DNA of 64,000 bases from Bdellovibrionales bacterium (GTDB lineage: Bacteria > Bdellovibrionota > Bdellovibrionia > Bdellovibrionales > JAGQZY01): NCBI GenBank assembly GCA_041739665.1, contig JBGSNK010000022.1, positions 75 through 64,074 of the forward strand, written 5' to 3'. Positions within the stretch are counted from its first letter, which is position 1. Each line of letters starts with the position of its first letter. The notes beneath the pieces are model-generated. The model was not told the DNA's origin. It made no database searches and saw only the letters and a program-made list of their open reading frames with translations. Of this stretch, positions 47,099 to 57,654 are shown one piece after another. Position numbers and translations under genes: made by a program.

Positions 47099-50000
47099 TT
47101 AATTAGTGGTTTCTAATAAATTGTCAATTTTCAGTTTCATTCTTTGCCATGAGTCCTCGCGTAAGACATCTTGCATCTCAGAACTCATTTGTAGGGGATC
47201 CTCGCTTCCGAAATCATCAAAAATAGGAGCTGAAGGTAATGTCCGCACTGTAATTTCAGCCCGGCTGGAATCCATTGTAGGGCGCGGATCGTCGATAAAA
47301 AAATCATTTTCTTTAGTGGTTGCGGAATCAGAGTTTCTAAACATATCTGAAAATTTAGACCTTTGAAAAAGCGGTAGATCTGCCCAGTCCGGTGCACCTA
47401 GCTGAGTGATTTGTTCGCTCCAAATTTGATCAAAAACGTATTGCTGAGGTTCAAAGTTCAAGGGTGTGCCAGGGTCGATACTGATTACTCTGGTGTCAGA
47501 GATCGAAAACAAAAAGTCAAAAATATCGCTGACCATAGGGGCGACAAGTCGTCCGCCTGTGCTCTCGCTGCCCATACTCAATGCGACCAAAGATCCGTTT
47601 GGAAGTCGTAATCTTTTTTCATCGTAACCCATCCATGCAACCACCACATGGTAATTGGAGTAGGCTGTAAACCAAGCATCTCGATAATTTGAAGACGTCC
47701 CAGTTTTTCCAGCGACGCGTCCTTGATGCTTGTTCAGAGCAAATCCTGTTCCATAACGAACTACTTTAGATAGTATTTCACTGAGCTGAGCAATGGAAGA
47801 GCGACGATAACTTGTCAACGGCTTTGCCCAAAACTCTGTTCTCTCTTTTTTAAGAAAGGTAGGTGAAACGAGCCAACCGCCATTGGCAATAGCAGCGTAG
47901 GCCTTTGCCATTCGTAAAAGAGAGACCTCTTTGCTGCCGAGAGTAACCGGGTAACAGATGGTCTCATCTTGTTTGTAATCGTAAAGTCCAAAACTGACCA
48001 TGGTGTTATAAACAAGTCTTAAAGAGTCTTGGGGGTCACGTAAGATTTCGTTTAAGAGTTGAGTTGTGACCTGGTTGTTGGAATGGATCAAACCATTTTC
48101 AAAGGTGACAAAATCCGAAGTTGTGCGTGTGTAGTTTTGCGGGGACCATGGGGTGCAACCTGGAATTTTTGAAAAAAAGAGCGGTGCATTTCTAATCGGT
48201 TCAAAAGGTTGAAAACCTTGCTCCAGGGCGGCCAGGTAGGTAAAGGGTTTGACAGTAGAGCCTGGCTGGCGCAGAGCTTTTATTGCACGGTTATAGGGAG
48301 CCAAGCTGTAATCGAAACCACCATTGAGCGCTTTCACTTCACCTGTATTCACATCCATAACTAAAATGGAAGCTTGCAGTGTCGGTTGCACACGGAAATA
48401 AAAACCACTTTCCTTTTTTTCAGCAAAAATGACGTCGCCGACTTTTAATTGCGGTCGAATCGAGGCGTACCAGCTACCACCTACGTCACCAAAAGAAAGG
48501 TTTGTAATCTGCGCCTCACCTTGGTCATCGATATAGCCAACTCGGTAGTCCCCCTGATTTTTAAGAAGGACCATAACTTGCCAATTCACTCCAGTGAACA
48601 GGCTTTGGCTTTTGATAACTTCATCTTTCCAAATCGCAATTTCTTGCTCGAGATCGGGAAAGGGTTGCCGTTTACGCCACAAATAGGAAATATTTCGCAA
48701 AGGACCACGCCAGTAGACCTTGTTATTTTGCATTTCATAATCGGCGAGATATTTTTGCACAGATTGGTCTACAAAGTTTTGCAGATCTCGATTTTGACTG
48801 CTCACAATTTTCTCGGGAGCCTTAAGGGTGGCAGGTGTAGTTGTCAAATACTCGGAAGATGCTGCCTCTTGAAAATAACTGGTTTTGGGAAACTCTAGGG
48901 GTTGAAATGCCAAGGTTTCATCTAAGGCCGTGCGAGCTTCGTCTTTACCAATAACTTTGGCAGTGACCATTTCATCCAAAACATAGGATTGACGCGCCTT
49001 GATTTTTTCTGGACTAGTGAGGCTTGGATTGTAGCGGTTGGGGCTATGGGTAATGCCGGCAAAGAAACTGGCTTGGCTCAGGTTCACAGAATCGAGACGA
49101 GCCTGTTTACCAAAATAGCGTTCTAGGGCCGATGCCACACCAGTCGCTCCACGTCCTAGGTACACAATATTCAAATAAGCTTCTAGGATTTGATCTTTGC
49201 TCAGTTGATCTTCAAGGCGACGAGCAAGAAGCATCTCACGCGCCTTGCGATCCAAAGAGACTTCATTGCCAAGGATTAAATTTTTGACTAATTGTTGTGT
49301 AATTGTCGAACCGCCCTCAACGGACCCATCGCGCAAGTATTTAAAAAAACCGCGCATTATTCCTTGGGCTTCAATTCCTCGATGGCTGTAAAAGTTTTTA
49401 TCTTCAGCCGCAATAAAGGCCTGTCGCACCACGAGTGGAATTTTCACTAGAGGGACAAATCGAACCACTCGGCCCTTGTCCATAAAAGGACCTATCAATT
49501 GACCATCTTCAGATACAATATCGGCACCGCGGCTGGTTGTGTAATTTTTGAGAAAGCCAATATCAATAGCTTGAGTTTCGAGCAAGAGACTATTGTAAGT
49601 CTCGAGTAAGGATTCATCATTGATGATTTTTGGAGGTGGGCCATTTTGGGTTGGGCTACAATAAGCATCCCAAAATTCTATCAAATCGGGGATACGAAAA
49701 TCGCCAAAAAGTTTAAGTTGGCTCTCCAGTGGATTTTCTTGGCCGTTACTGAACTCTTTAGCAAACTCCTCGCGGGCTAACTCTTTATCACAAGCCAAGT
49801 CCAATTCTGGTTCGGGAACATCACGCTTCGGTAGTGTTTCTTCAATTTGTGCTATTTTTTTGGGGGGAGGGTTGAGCCAATTCAAAAGCAGTGCTTGTTC
49901 CAGTGTTGATTTAGTCTGTTCCTCGCAGTGCTTGGCAATAAATTCTTCTTCACGTTTTTCTAAAAGGTTAAGACTTTCTCTCTGGAACTCGATCAACTGA

Positions 50001-50176
50001 GCAATGTCGATATCGGCTAATGGGCCAGTTTTTGAGAGACGTTCACAGCTTTGTCTTAACACCTGCTGCACTTCTTTAGCATCAGTAAGGGGAGTCAATG
50101 GACCCGTGTTTGTTTCTTGGCTAAGTTGGCCAAGGATTAAAAAAATGAGAAAAACACTAGAGGCAGAAAAAGACAT
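47099..50176 (-). CDS. Class A penicillin-binding protein (PBP1A family) with N- and C-terminal extensions
   Basis: Transglycosylase motifs AAEDKNF, GGSTITQQLVKN, RKARE; transpeptidase motifs STVK, SNN, KTGT. Confidence 0.92.
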   Translation of the reverse strand: MSFSASSVFLIFLILGQLSQETNTGPLTPLTDAKEVQQVLRQSCERLSKTGPLADIDIAQLIEFQRESLNLLEKREEEFIAKHCEEQTKSTLEQALLLNWLNPPPKKIAQIEETLPKRDVPEPELDLACDKELAREEFAKEFSNGQENPLESQLKLFGDFRIPDLIEFWDAYCSPTQNGPPPKIINDESLLETYNSLLLETQAIDIGFLKNYTTSRGADIVSEDGQLIGPFMDKGRVVRFVPLVKIPLVVRQAFIAAEDKNFYSHRGIEAQGIMRGFFKYLRDGSVEGGSTITQQLVKNLILGNEVSLDRKAREMLLARRLEDQLSKDQILEAYLNIVYLGRGATGVASALERYFGKQARLDSVNLSQASFFAGITHSPNRYNPSLTSPEKIKARQSYVLDEMVTAKVIGKDEARTALDETLAFQPLEFPKTSYFQEAASSEYLTTTPATLKAPEKIVSSQNRDLQNFVDQSVQKYLADYEMQNNKVYWRGPLRNISYLWRKRQPFPDLEQEIAIWKDEVIKSQSLFTGVNWQVMVLLKNQGDYRVGYIDDQGEAQITNLSFGDVGGSWYASIRPQLKVGDVIFAEKKESGFYFRVQPTLQASILVMDVNTGEVKALNGGFDYSLAPYNRAIKALRQPGSTVKPFTYLAALEQGFQPFEPIRNAPLFFSKIPGCTPWSPQNYTRTTSDFVTFENGLIHSNNQVTTQLLNEILRDPQDSLRLVYNTMVSFGLYDYKQDETICYPVTLGSKEVSLLRMAKAYAAIANGGWLVSPTFLKKERTEFWAKPLTSYRRSSIAQLSEILSKVVRYGTGFALNKHQGRVAGKTGTSSNYRDAWFTAYSNYHVVVAWMGYDEKRLRLPNGSLVALSMGSESTGGRLVAPMVSDIFDFLFSISDTRVISIDPGTPLNFEPQQYVFDQIWSEQITQLGAPDWADLPLFQRSKFSDMFRNSDSATTKENDFFIDDPRPTMDSSRAEITVRTLPSAPIFDDFGSEDPLQMSSEMQDVLREDSWQRMKLKIDNLLETTN

Positions 50177-50952
50177 CAGATACCCTCGCTTTTACAATCA
50201 ATCGAGACAAAGAGAGGGTTGAAGTTGAAAACAGCACGTGAAGTTGAAAAGTAGCGATCTGTCATAACACTGGCAAGTTCAAGCCGGCTAGTCATATCGA
50301 CGATTTTGTAGAGAACAAAATGTTCGGTTGAGCGATACATGAGTTGAAAATTTGCCGTTTCAAAAGCCGCTTGCCATTCATCAGAAGGTGCTTCAATTGG
50401 AAAAGCAAAGTGCTTAGTTTCCCTACTGGAGGTGGTCCAAAGAGCAAAGCATCTAAGCGGACGAGCTGTGAGCTCTCTTAAAGATTCTATTGAGCCTTCG
50501 CACTGAGCCCAACCACCAATATCTGCTTGTCGGATGCCCGCTTGTAGAAAACCGTGAAAGGGTTCTTGTTGAACGCTAAAAAGGAGGTTGATATCTTTTT
50601 TAGAGCGTAAAGAGAGGGTGGCAAGGTCTTCATTTTTTGAAAAAGAACTGATCAGTTCCAGCTTGTCGTTGCTGAGCACCTCTGTTTTACCATCGTAGAG
50701 CCAATTGGCTAGATCCAGCTCGTGGTCAAATTCAGAAAGTCGTTCTTCCTGTTGAGATTTATCAAAGTTCTCACCGACACAATTAAAAAGATCAGGTGGG
50801 TTTTGGGTTTTGGGGGTTTCGGTCTCAAGAGGTGAACCTTGAACAACTGAAGGTTCGGGTATTGCTGTTTTCGCTTCTTTGTCTGAGTCAGAACAGGCGA
50901 CTAAGAACGGAAGAAGTACTCCCGAGCAGACAAGGCTCCATTTTTTGGTCAT
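50176..50952 (-). CDS. Hypothetical lipoprotein (alternative start 50982)
   Basis: Lipobox LVAC; TGATG coupling to the PBP gene. Confidence 0.65.
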   Translation of the reverse strand: MTKKWSLVCSGVLLPFLVACSDSDKEAKTAIPEPSVVQGSPLETETPKTQNPPDLFNCVGENFDKSQQEERLSEFDHELDLANWLYDGKTEVLSNDKLELISSFSKNEDLATLSLRSKKDINLLFSVQQEPFHGFLQAGIRQADIGGWAQCEGSIESLRELTARPLRCFALWTTSSRETKHFAFPIEAPSDEWQAAFETANFQLMYRSTEHFVLYKIVDMTSRLELASVMTDRYFSTSRAVFNFNPLFVSIDCKSEGI

Positions 50953-51110
50953 CAAACATTTTACGTTCCACATAAGAAACACTTGTTACGGCCTTGGATG
51001 ATGTGCGTCAATAGGCGTCATAAAAGCGTGTAGTTAATTCAGGATTGTGAATTTCAAATCTTGCTTAATCAAATCCATGGGATTTAGGAAAACAGATAGA
51101 TTCTAATGTT

Positions 51111-51596
51111 TTAGAAGCAGGTGACAGTGAGCCCCTCACTGTGAGCCAGATCATAATCCAAAGTGATCGTGCGGTTTTCAAAATCCTTTATCATATAGGT
51201 GCCCAATTCATAGGTCTCTAGGCGCTTTCCCTTTTTATCGAGAAGGTCGTAGGGAATCATCGCTAAACGTTTGAGGTCGGTTTCAAGGTCGGAGCGTGGG
51301 CCCATCCAAACAGACTTGAGTTTATCTTTTTCAAACTTCAGTTGGAACCAATCGAGATTATAACGACGAGCCGCCGCTTTCTTTAGATCCCAAATTTGTT
51401 CATCGCCTAAGCGCGGATCATTGCCTTCCGTGATAGTAAAATTGGTTTCACGTAGGGCCATAATTTTTTCGACAAGTCGAGGATACTCGGAACAGGTCTT
51501 GCGAACATCAATCAATTCCCCGTCTTTGAGCGGGTGCGTGTGGGTGCAAGAAATCAAAAAAAAGGGGGTGATAAAAGTAAGAAGTGCGCGAAACAT
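51111..51596 (-). CDS. Hypothetical lipoprotein
   Basis: MFRALLTFITPFFLISC lipobox; TATAAT 6 nt upstream of the ATG. Confidence 0.6.
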   Translation of the reverse strand: MFRALLTFITPFFLISCTHTHPLKDGELIDVRKTCSEYPRLVEKIMALRETNFTITEGNDPRLGDEQIWDLKKAAARRYNLDWFQLKFEKDKLKSVWMGPRSDLETDLKRLAMIPYDLLDKKGKRLETYELGTYMIKDFENRTITLDYDLAHSEGLTVTCF

Positions 51597-51667
51597 GGTC
51601 CTATTATAAGGAACTGCAGCTGAATGTCCAGCCCGGTTGAATGTAATATAGCCCAATACGATTGCGC

Positions 51668-52165
51668 TTATTTTTTTCTCAGATTTTTTGTACCGTGAAT
51701 AAGACGGTTCCATAGATTGACAATGCGCCATTGCCACTTCAGCCAGCGTTGTTCCCTGCGATATTCCTCTTGTTGTTGACGAAAGCGTTCGCTTAAACCT
51801 TGAGCTAGGATTTGTTTTTGTAGCGGATGGATTTCCGTGTACTCCACAGCGACAAGTTTAAAAGTCTGGGGTCGTTGATCCTGGCTGTAGGTTTTATGCA
51901 GCTCCACACGGACCACCTTGGCAAAGCAAGCAATCGGCGGAGTATTCGGTGCTGTGAATTCAATTTTGATCACTTCTTGCTCTTCGGGAGCAGTTTGAGA
52001 GGGGGTCAAAAAAGCCATGCCTGATTCAGAAAGGTTCACAATCCGGGTGTGCATGGTTTTGGAACCCTTTGGCAGTTGGGCAAAGCGCACCACCTCGGCA
52101 TCGCCGATTTCGATGACGTAGCGCGGAGCCCGTGGATAAAGGTCTTCTAGATTTCTTGTGCCCAT
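51668..52165 (-). CDS. PilZ domain protein
   Basis: RAPR(Y) and NLSESG c-di-GMP-type motifs; AKVVR and AVEY strands. Confidence 0.8.
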   Translation of the reverse strand: MGTRNLEDLYPRAPRYVIEIGDAEVVRFAQLPKGSKTMHTRIVNLSESGMAFLTPSQTAPEEQEVIKIEFTAPNTPPIACFAKVVRVELHKTYSQDQRPQTFKLVAVEYTEIHPLQKQILAQGLSERFRQQQEEYRREQRWLKWQWRIVNLWNRLIHGTKNLRKK

Positions 52166-52171
52166 TTGTTC

Positions 52172-52198
52172 TTATCGGCTGTGCGCGTGGAGGACTTA
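52172..52198 (-). promoter_or_regulatory. sigma28 (FliA)-like promoter of the PilZ gene
   Basis: TAAG-N15-GCCGATAA (perfect -10), 6 nt before the ATG. Confidence 0.75.
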
Positions 52199-52281
52199 AA
52201 ATGTCTCAACTTGAAGCAGGGGGTAAAAATGAACCTTTTTTTCTCTGTGACCAAGCTGTTGGGCTGAGGTATGAGAACAGC

Positions 52282-52890
52282 ATGGAAAATTGGATCGACC
52301 TGCAAGCTAACCCTTTTGAGATTTTTCAGGACTGGTACGAACTTGCCCAAAAGCACAACACCTTTGAACCCACACAGGTGACTTTAGCCTCCATAAGTGA
52401 TCAAGGCTGGCCTTCGGCGCGAGTGGTTCTTCTCAAATCCTACGATGACCAAGGCTTTTGTTTTTTTACCAATTATCAGAGTCGCAAAGGTATGGAGCTC
52501 GATCGGCAAAAAAAAGCCGCTTTGGTCTTCCATTGGCCCTTACCATCCCATCGTCAAATTCGCATTCAGGGCTGGGTCGAAAGAACCACACCCCAGGAAT
52601 CCCAGGAATATTATCAAACGCGCGCACGCGGCAGTCAGATTGGCGCTTGGGCCTCTCCTCAAAGTCAGCCCATCCAGGGGCCTGGCGAGCTCACTCAACA
52701 GGTGAAAGAAGTTGAAGAGCGCTTCTCCGGGCAAGAAAGTTTGCCTTGCCCTCCTTTTTGGGGTGGTTACAGGGTCCTGCCCCTAAGAATTGAATTTTGG
52801 GAAGCCGGTGAGTTTCGCCTTCACAAGCGCATAGAGTTCCACCGTGCTCAATTGAGCGAGCCATGGAAGAGTCGTTACCTGGCTCCCTAG
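52282..52890 (+). CDS. pdxH: Pyridoxamine 5'-phosphate oxidase
   Basis: RVVLLK, FFTNYQSRKG, RQIRI.G, SQIGAWASPQS, WGGY and EFW..RLH.R motifs. Confidence 0.95.
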   Translation: MENWIDLQANPFEIFQDWYELAQKHNTFEPTQVTLASISDQGWPSARVVLLKSYDDQGFCFFTNYQSRKGMELDRQKKAALVFHWPLPSHRQIRIQGWVERTTPQESQEYYQTRARGSQIGAWASPQSQPIQGPGELTQQVKEVEERFSGQESLPCPPFWGGYRVLPLRIEFWEAGEFRLHKRIEFHRAQLSEPWKSRYLAP

Positions 52891-52967
52891 CTTATGTTGC
52901 TCCGAGCTTTGCCTCTGACTTGAACATTGGGTAGCGTAAACCCTTAAATTCTTCAAAGGAGAAAGTC

Positions 52968-53264
52968 ATGAATAAAGTATTCACTCTAATGAGCCTTACG
53001 CTGACGCTATTTGCTGTTTCTTGTTCTCATGGATACGGTAAAAAAGATCACCACGATCATAAAAAAAGTCATAAGTCTAAAATGTGGAAAAAAATGGACA
53101 TTGACAAAGATGGCGCTGTTAGCAAAGAGGAGTTCGACACTTTTCACGCCAATAAGTTCAAAAAAATGGATGCCAATAAAGATGGCAAAGTGACTCAAGA
53201 AGAAAAAATGGCTTATAAAAAGTCGAAGTGTGCCGAGAAAAAAGAAAAGTGCACGAACTGCTAA
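52968..53264 (+). CDS. EF-hand lipoprotein
   Basis: Lipobox AVSC; two EF-hand loops DIDKDGAVSKEE and DANKDGKVTQEE; AAGGAG RBS. Confidence 0.8.
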   Translation: MNKVFTLMSLTLTLFAVSCSHGYGKKDHHDHKKSHKSKMWKKMDIDKDGAVSKEEFDTFHANKFKKMDANKDGKVTQEEKMAYKKSKCAEKKEKCTNC

Positions 53265-53276
53265 GAAAAGGTTCTA

Positions 53277-54083
53277 ATGTCTGTTGAATTGTTCCCTGAA
53301 GGGTGCCCCGTTTGTGAAAAGAGCACGTCCACTCAACATCATTGTCAAATGGGTGGGCACAGCTACATTCAGTGCAAAAGTTGTGAGTTGATTTATCAAA
53401 CGGGCTCATCGGATATTGATACGATGATCGCCTGTTACACAGGCGGTCCAATTAAGCGCTTGCGTCGTCAATTGATCAATGGCTTTCGTCGTATCGAAAA
53501 CCAGAGAGATTTTGATTTGCGCATGTCTCGGGCTCGCAAGATTGTGGATTTCTCTACAAAGTATGCCAAAGAGCCCGGTGTCTACTTAGATGTGGGATGT
53601 AACAAGGGTTTCAACCTCTATGCCGCTGAAGAAAAAGGCTGGAAGGTTTATGGTAACGAATTGATCAAAGAGATCTTGCTTCCCATTCAAAACTCCAAAC
53701 CCCATCTTAAAGACAGGATTAAAGTAGGCAGTTTTGTGGATCTTGCCGAAACTTACTCCCACAATTTTTTTGATCTCATCACTTGCATCGATGTGATCGA
53801 GCATTTAACACGCCCTAAATACGCTATGGAACAAATGATACGCATTCTTAAGCCAGGTGGTGTTGTGGTTTATCAAACTTGTGATGCCACTCCCGACAAA
53901 ATGGCCATGCATGAAAACTGGAAGGCTTTGAAGCCCAACGAACATCTGCTTCTTTACAATCAAGAGAATTTTAAGATTCAAGCCCTCAACGCCGGATTTG
54001 AAAAAGTTGAGTTTGCGCCAGAACCCTTTGAGGTCTGTGACGGAAACTTTGTGGCCATATGTTGGAAATCTGCTCAACAGTAA
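53277..54083 (+). CDS. Class I SAM-dependent methyltransferase with N-terminal Cys cluster
   Basis: CPVC...CKSC; LDVGCNKG; DVIEH; LKPGG. Confidence 0.85.
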   Translation: MSVELFPEGCPVCEKSTSTQHHCQMGGHSYIQCKSCELIYQTGSSDIDTMIACYTGGPIKRLRRQLINGFRRIENQRDFDLRMSRARKIVDFSTKYAKEPGVYLDVGCNKGFNLYAAEEKGWKVYGNELIKEILLPIQNSKPHLKDRIKVGSFVDLAETYSHNFFDLITCIDVIEHLTRPKYAMEQMIRILKPGGVVVYQTCDATPDKMAMHENWKALKPNEHLLLYNQENFKIQALNAGFEKVEFAPEPFEVCDGNFVAICWKSAQQ

Positions 54084-54084
54084 T

Positions 54085-55029
54085 TTGGTGGCGAGGAGAT
54101 TTGCGTTGTTGATAAACGGTGTTTGGAACTTGCTCTTCCTTCCTTTTTATTTGGTTTATCTTTTACCTGCAAAAGTCCAAGAGTTCCTGGGTCGATTGAT
54201 TGGACTCTTTTGGTTTGATGTTTTGCGTGTTCGCAGGAAAACGGCCATTGAGAATATCAAGCTCGCCTATCCCCAGCTGAGTCATGCAGAGGCTGTGCAG
54301 ATGGCGCGTCAGTCGCTCATTCATATGGGCTACAATATCATCGAAATTTTTTGTTTTCCGTTTCTCGATTGTCAGACTATTTTAAAAAATAGTGATTTTA
54401 AAGATCTCAATAAATTAGAGGATGCCCTTAAGGAAAAGCGTGGGGTGTTTCTTTTAACCGCACATATTGGCAATGGCGATTATGCGACAGCTGGATTTTC
54501 TTGCCAAGGTCTGAAGATGAACCTTATTTCCAAAGAGTTTAAATACAAAGGACTCAATAACTTTTGGTTTCAGGTGCGTAAAAAATTTGGCACTCAAATG
54601 ATTGCTCCCAAGAAAAGCACCTACGAAATATTAAAGGCTTTAAAAAGACAAGAGACAGTTATTTTTGTTTTGGATCAGTACACCGGCCCACCCAATGGAA
54701 TTGTCACCGAGTTTTTTGGCAAAAAAACTGGCACTGCCTTTGGCTTGGCCTTACTGGCGCAAAGGGCGGGAGCTGTGGTTGTGCCAGCTTACACCTACCG
54801 TAAAGATTTTTCTCAGCATGTGATTCAGATTCTGGATCCTGTGCAATGGGTTGAGCCTGCAGAGGCAGAAGAGGCTATTCTAACCAACACTCAAAAGTAC
54901 TGTGATGTGGTGGAGCATATGATTCGCCAAAAACCCGAACAGTGGATGTGGGTGCATCGTCGCTGGAAAAATCACTGGGTACAAACGGAATCTGGCGATT
55001 ACAAAATTATCAAACCCAATCCCATTTGA
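54085..55029 (+). CDS. lpxL: Lipid A late acyltransferase (LpxL/HtrB family; start uncertain)
   Basis: AHIGNGD (HxxxxD), DQ, FFG and PEQWMWVHRRWK motifs. Confidence 0.85.
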   Translation: MVARRFALLINGVWNLLFLPFYLVYLLPAKVQEFLGRLIGLFWFDVLRVRRKTAIENIKLAYPQLSHAEAVQMARQSLIHMGYNIIEIFCFPFLDCQTILKNSDFKDLNKLEDALKEKRGVFLLTAHIGNGDYATAGFSCQGLKMNLISKEFKYKGLNNFWFQVRKKFGTQMIAPKKSTYEILKALKRQETVIFVLDQYTGPPNGIVTEFFGKKTGTAFGLALLAQRAGAVVVPAYTYRKDFSQHVIQILDPVQWVEPAEAEEAILTNTQKYCDVVEHMIRQKPEQWMWVHRRWKNHWVQTESGDYKIIKPNPI

Positions 55030-55038
55030 GTTCTTTTC

Positions 55039-56481
<1,443 letters not shown>

Positions 56482-56539
56482 ACTTTTAATGAAGAAACTC
56501 TTTCTGTGGAACAAATAGAGAAATCGAAAAGGAAAAAGC

Positions 56540-56570
56540 GAAAAGGAGCCAAGAGGATTGGCTCCTTTTC
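56540..56570. terminator. Bidirectional terminator
   Basis: gaaaaggagccaa-gagga-ttggctccttttc perfect 13-bp stem between convergent genes. Confidence 0.85.
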
Positions 56571-56581
56571 TAGGGGATAAG

Positions 56582-57325
56582 TTATTTGATGAGATTCGAG
56601 ATGAGACTTAATATTCCACCAAGCAGTGGATTGCTTCCTGCCAACACGCCTCCAATTGTGTTAACAATACGGCCAAATTTACTGCCTGAATCTTGATTGG
56701 GTTGTTGGGGCTGAGCAGGTTGGGGCTCTGGCTCACCCGAATTGGCTGGCGGAAGAGTATTACCCAAACCTCCAGAACCTAAAATTTGCTCAAAAATAGA
56801 GCCATATGGAGTTTTGCTTAGAAACATACTAAAAGCACCGCGCACAAGGGTTCCAAACAAGTTAGAAAAATCGGCACGACGATTGTCACTCTTAATGAGT
56901 TGAGCGCCCACTTGAACCAATTGGATGGCTGGAATTCCAAGAATATCCACGCCTTCTAACTGAGAGGTCACCAAAGAGGCGATCAAAGCTTGAAAAGAGT
57001 TTGGATCTTGCACTAACTCAGTGGCCACTTCAATACCATTAATAATCATGGCTGTTTCTTCGGGGACACCATTTAAGTTATCAATAAAATCAATAAGAAG
57101 CTCGGCACCACCTAACTTCATCATTATAGAATTTGAGCCCATATCGGCCATTTCTACAGTCTCATTGAGTAGAGTTTCGTCATCTAAGATGAGTTCATCG
57201 CTGTTTATACTACCATTGGCTTCCATTTCAGAAAGTACACTGCCTGCAGAAGAGTTATTGGTTTGCATTTCACCACAACCAATTAGCATCAAAGCTGGTA
57301 GTATTAATATTAAAAGCGCCTTCAT
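56582..57325 (-). CDS. Hypothetical lipoprotein
   Basis: AGGAGG RBS; lipobox LIGC; Pro/Gln-rich linker; amphipathic Gly-rich C-terminus. Confidence 0.7.
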   Translation of the reverse strand: MKALLILILPALMLIGCGEMQTNNSSAGSVLSEMEANGSINSDELILDDETLLNETVEMADMGSNSIMMKLGGAELLIDFIDNLNGVPEETAMIINGIEVATELVQDPNSFQALIASLVTSQLEGVDILGIPAIQLVQVGAQLIKSDNRRADFSNLFGTLVRGAFSMFLSKTPYGSIFEQILGSGGLGNTLPPANSGEPEPQPAQPQQPNQDSGSKFGRIVNTIGGVLAGSNPLLGGILSLISNLIK

Positions 57326-57654
57326 TAGTCCTCCTTTAAACATTTAGAATGGCTATACCAAGACTTCGGATCAGTTAGACTTTAGTTGAAGGGGGGGCAT
57401 CCTTTTTGTTTCTCGATTGATTAGAAATTCAACAGTACTGGACTAAAATCACAAAAGGTCTAGTGTGTTTTTAGTGATACTTGTAGAAATCTTAATCAAT
57501 TATCAATTTGAAGCGAGAAGTTATATTGCCAGAAATTGTAAGAGCTAAAAGTTTAGTCACTTTCTTGAAGATCTCTCTACCTTTGTCGATCTCTAATATA
57601 GAGTTAACACTTTAACTACACATAATAACAACCGATAGACAATGTAGCATCACG

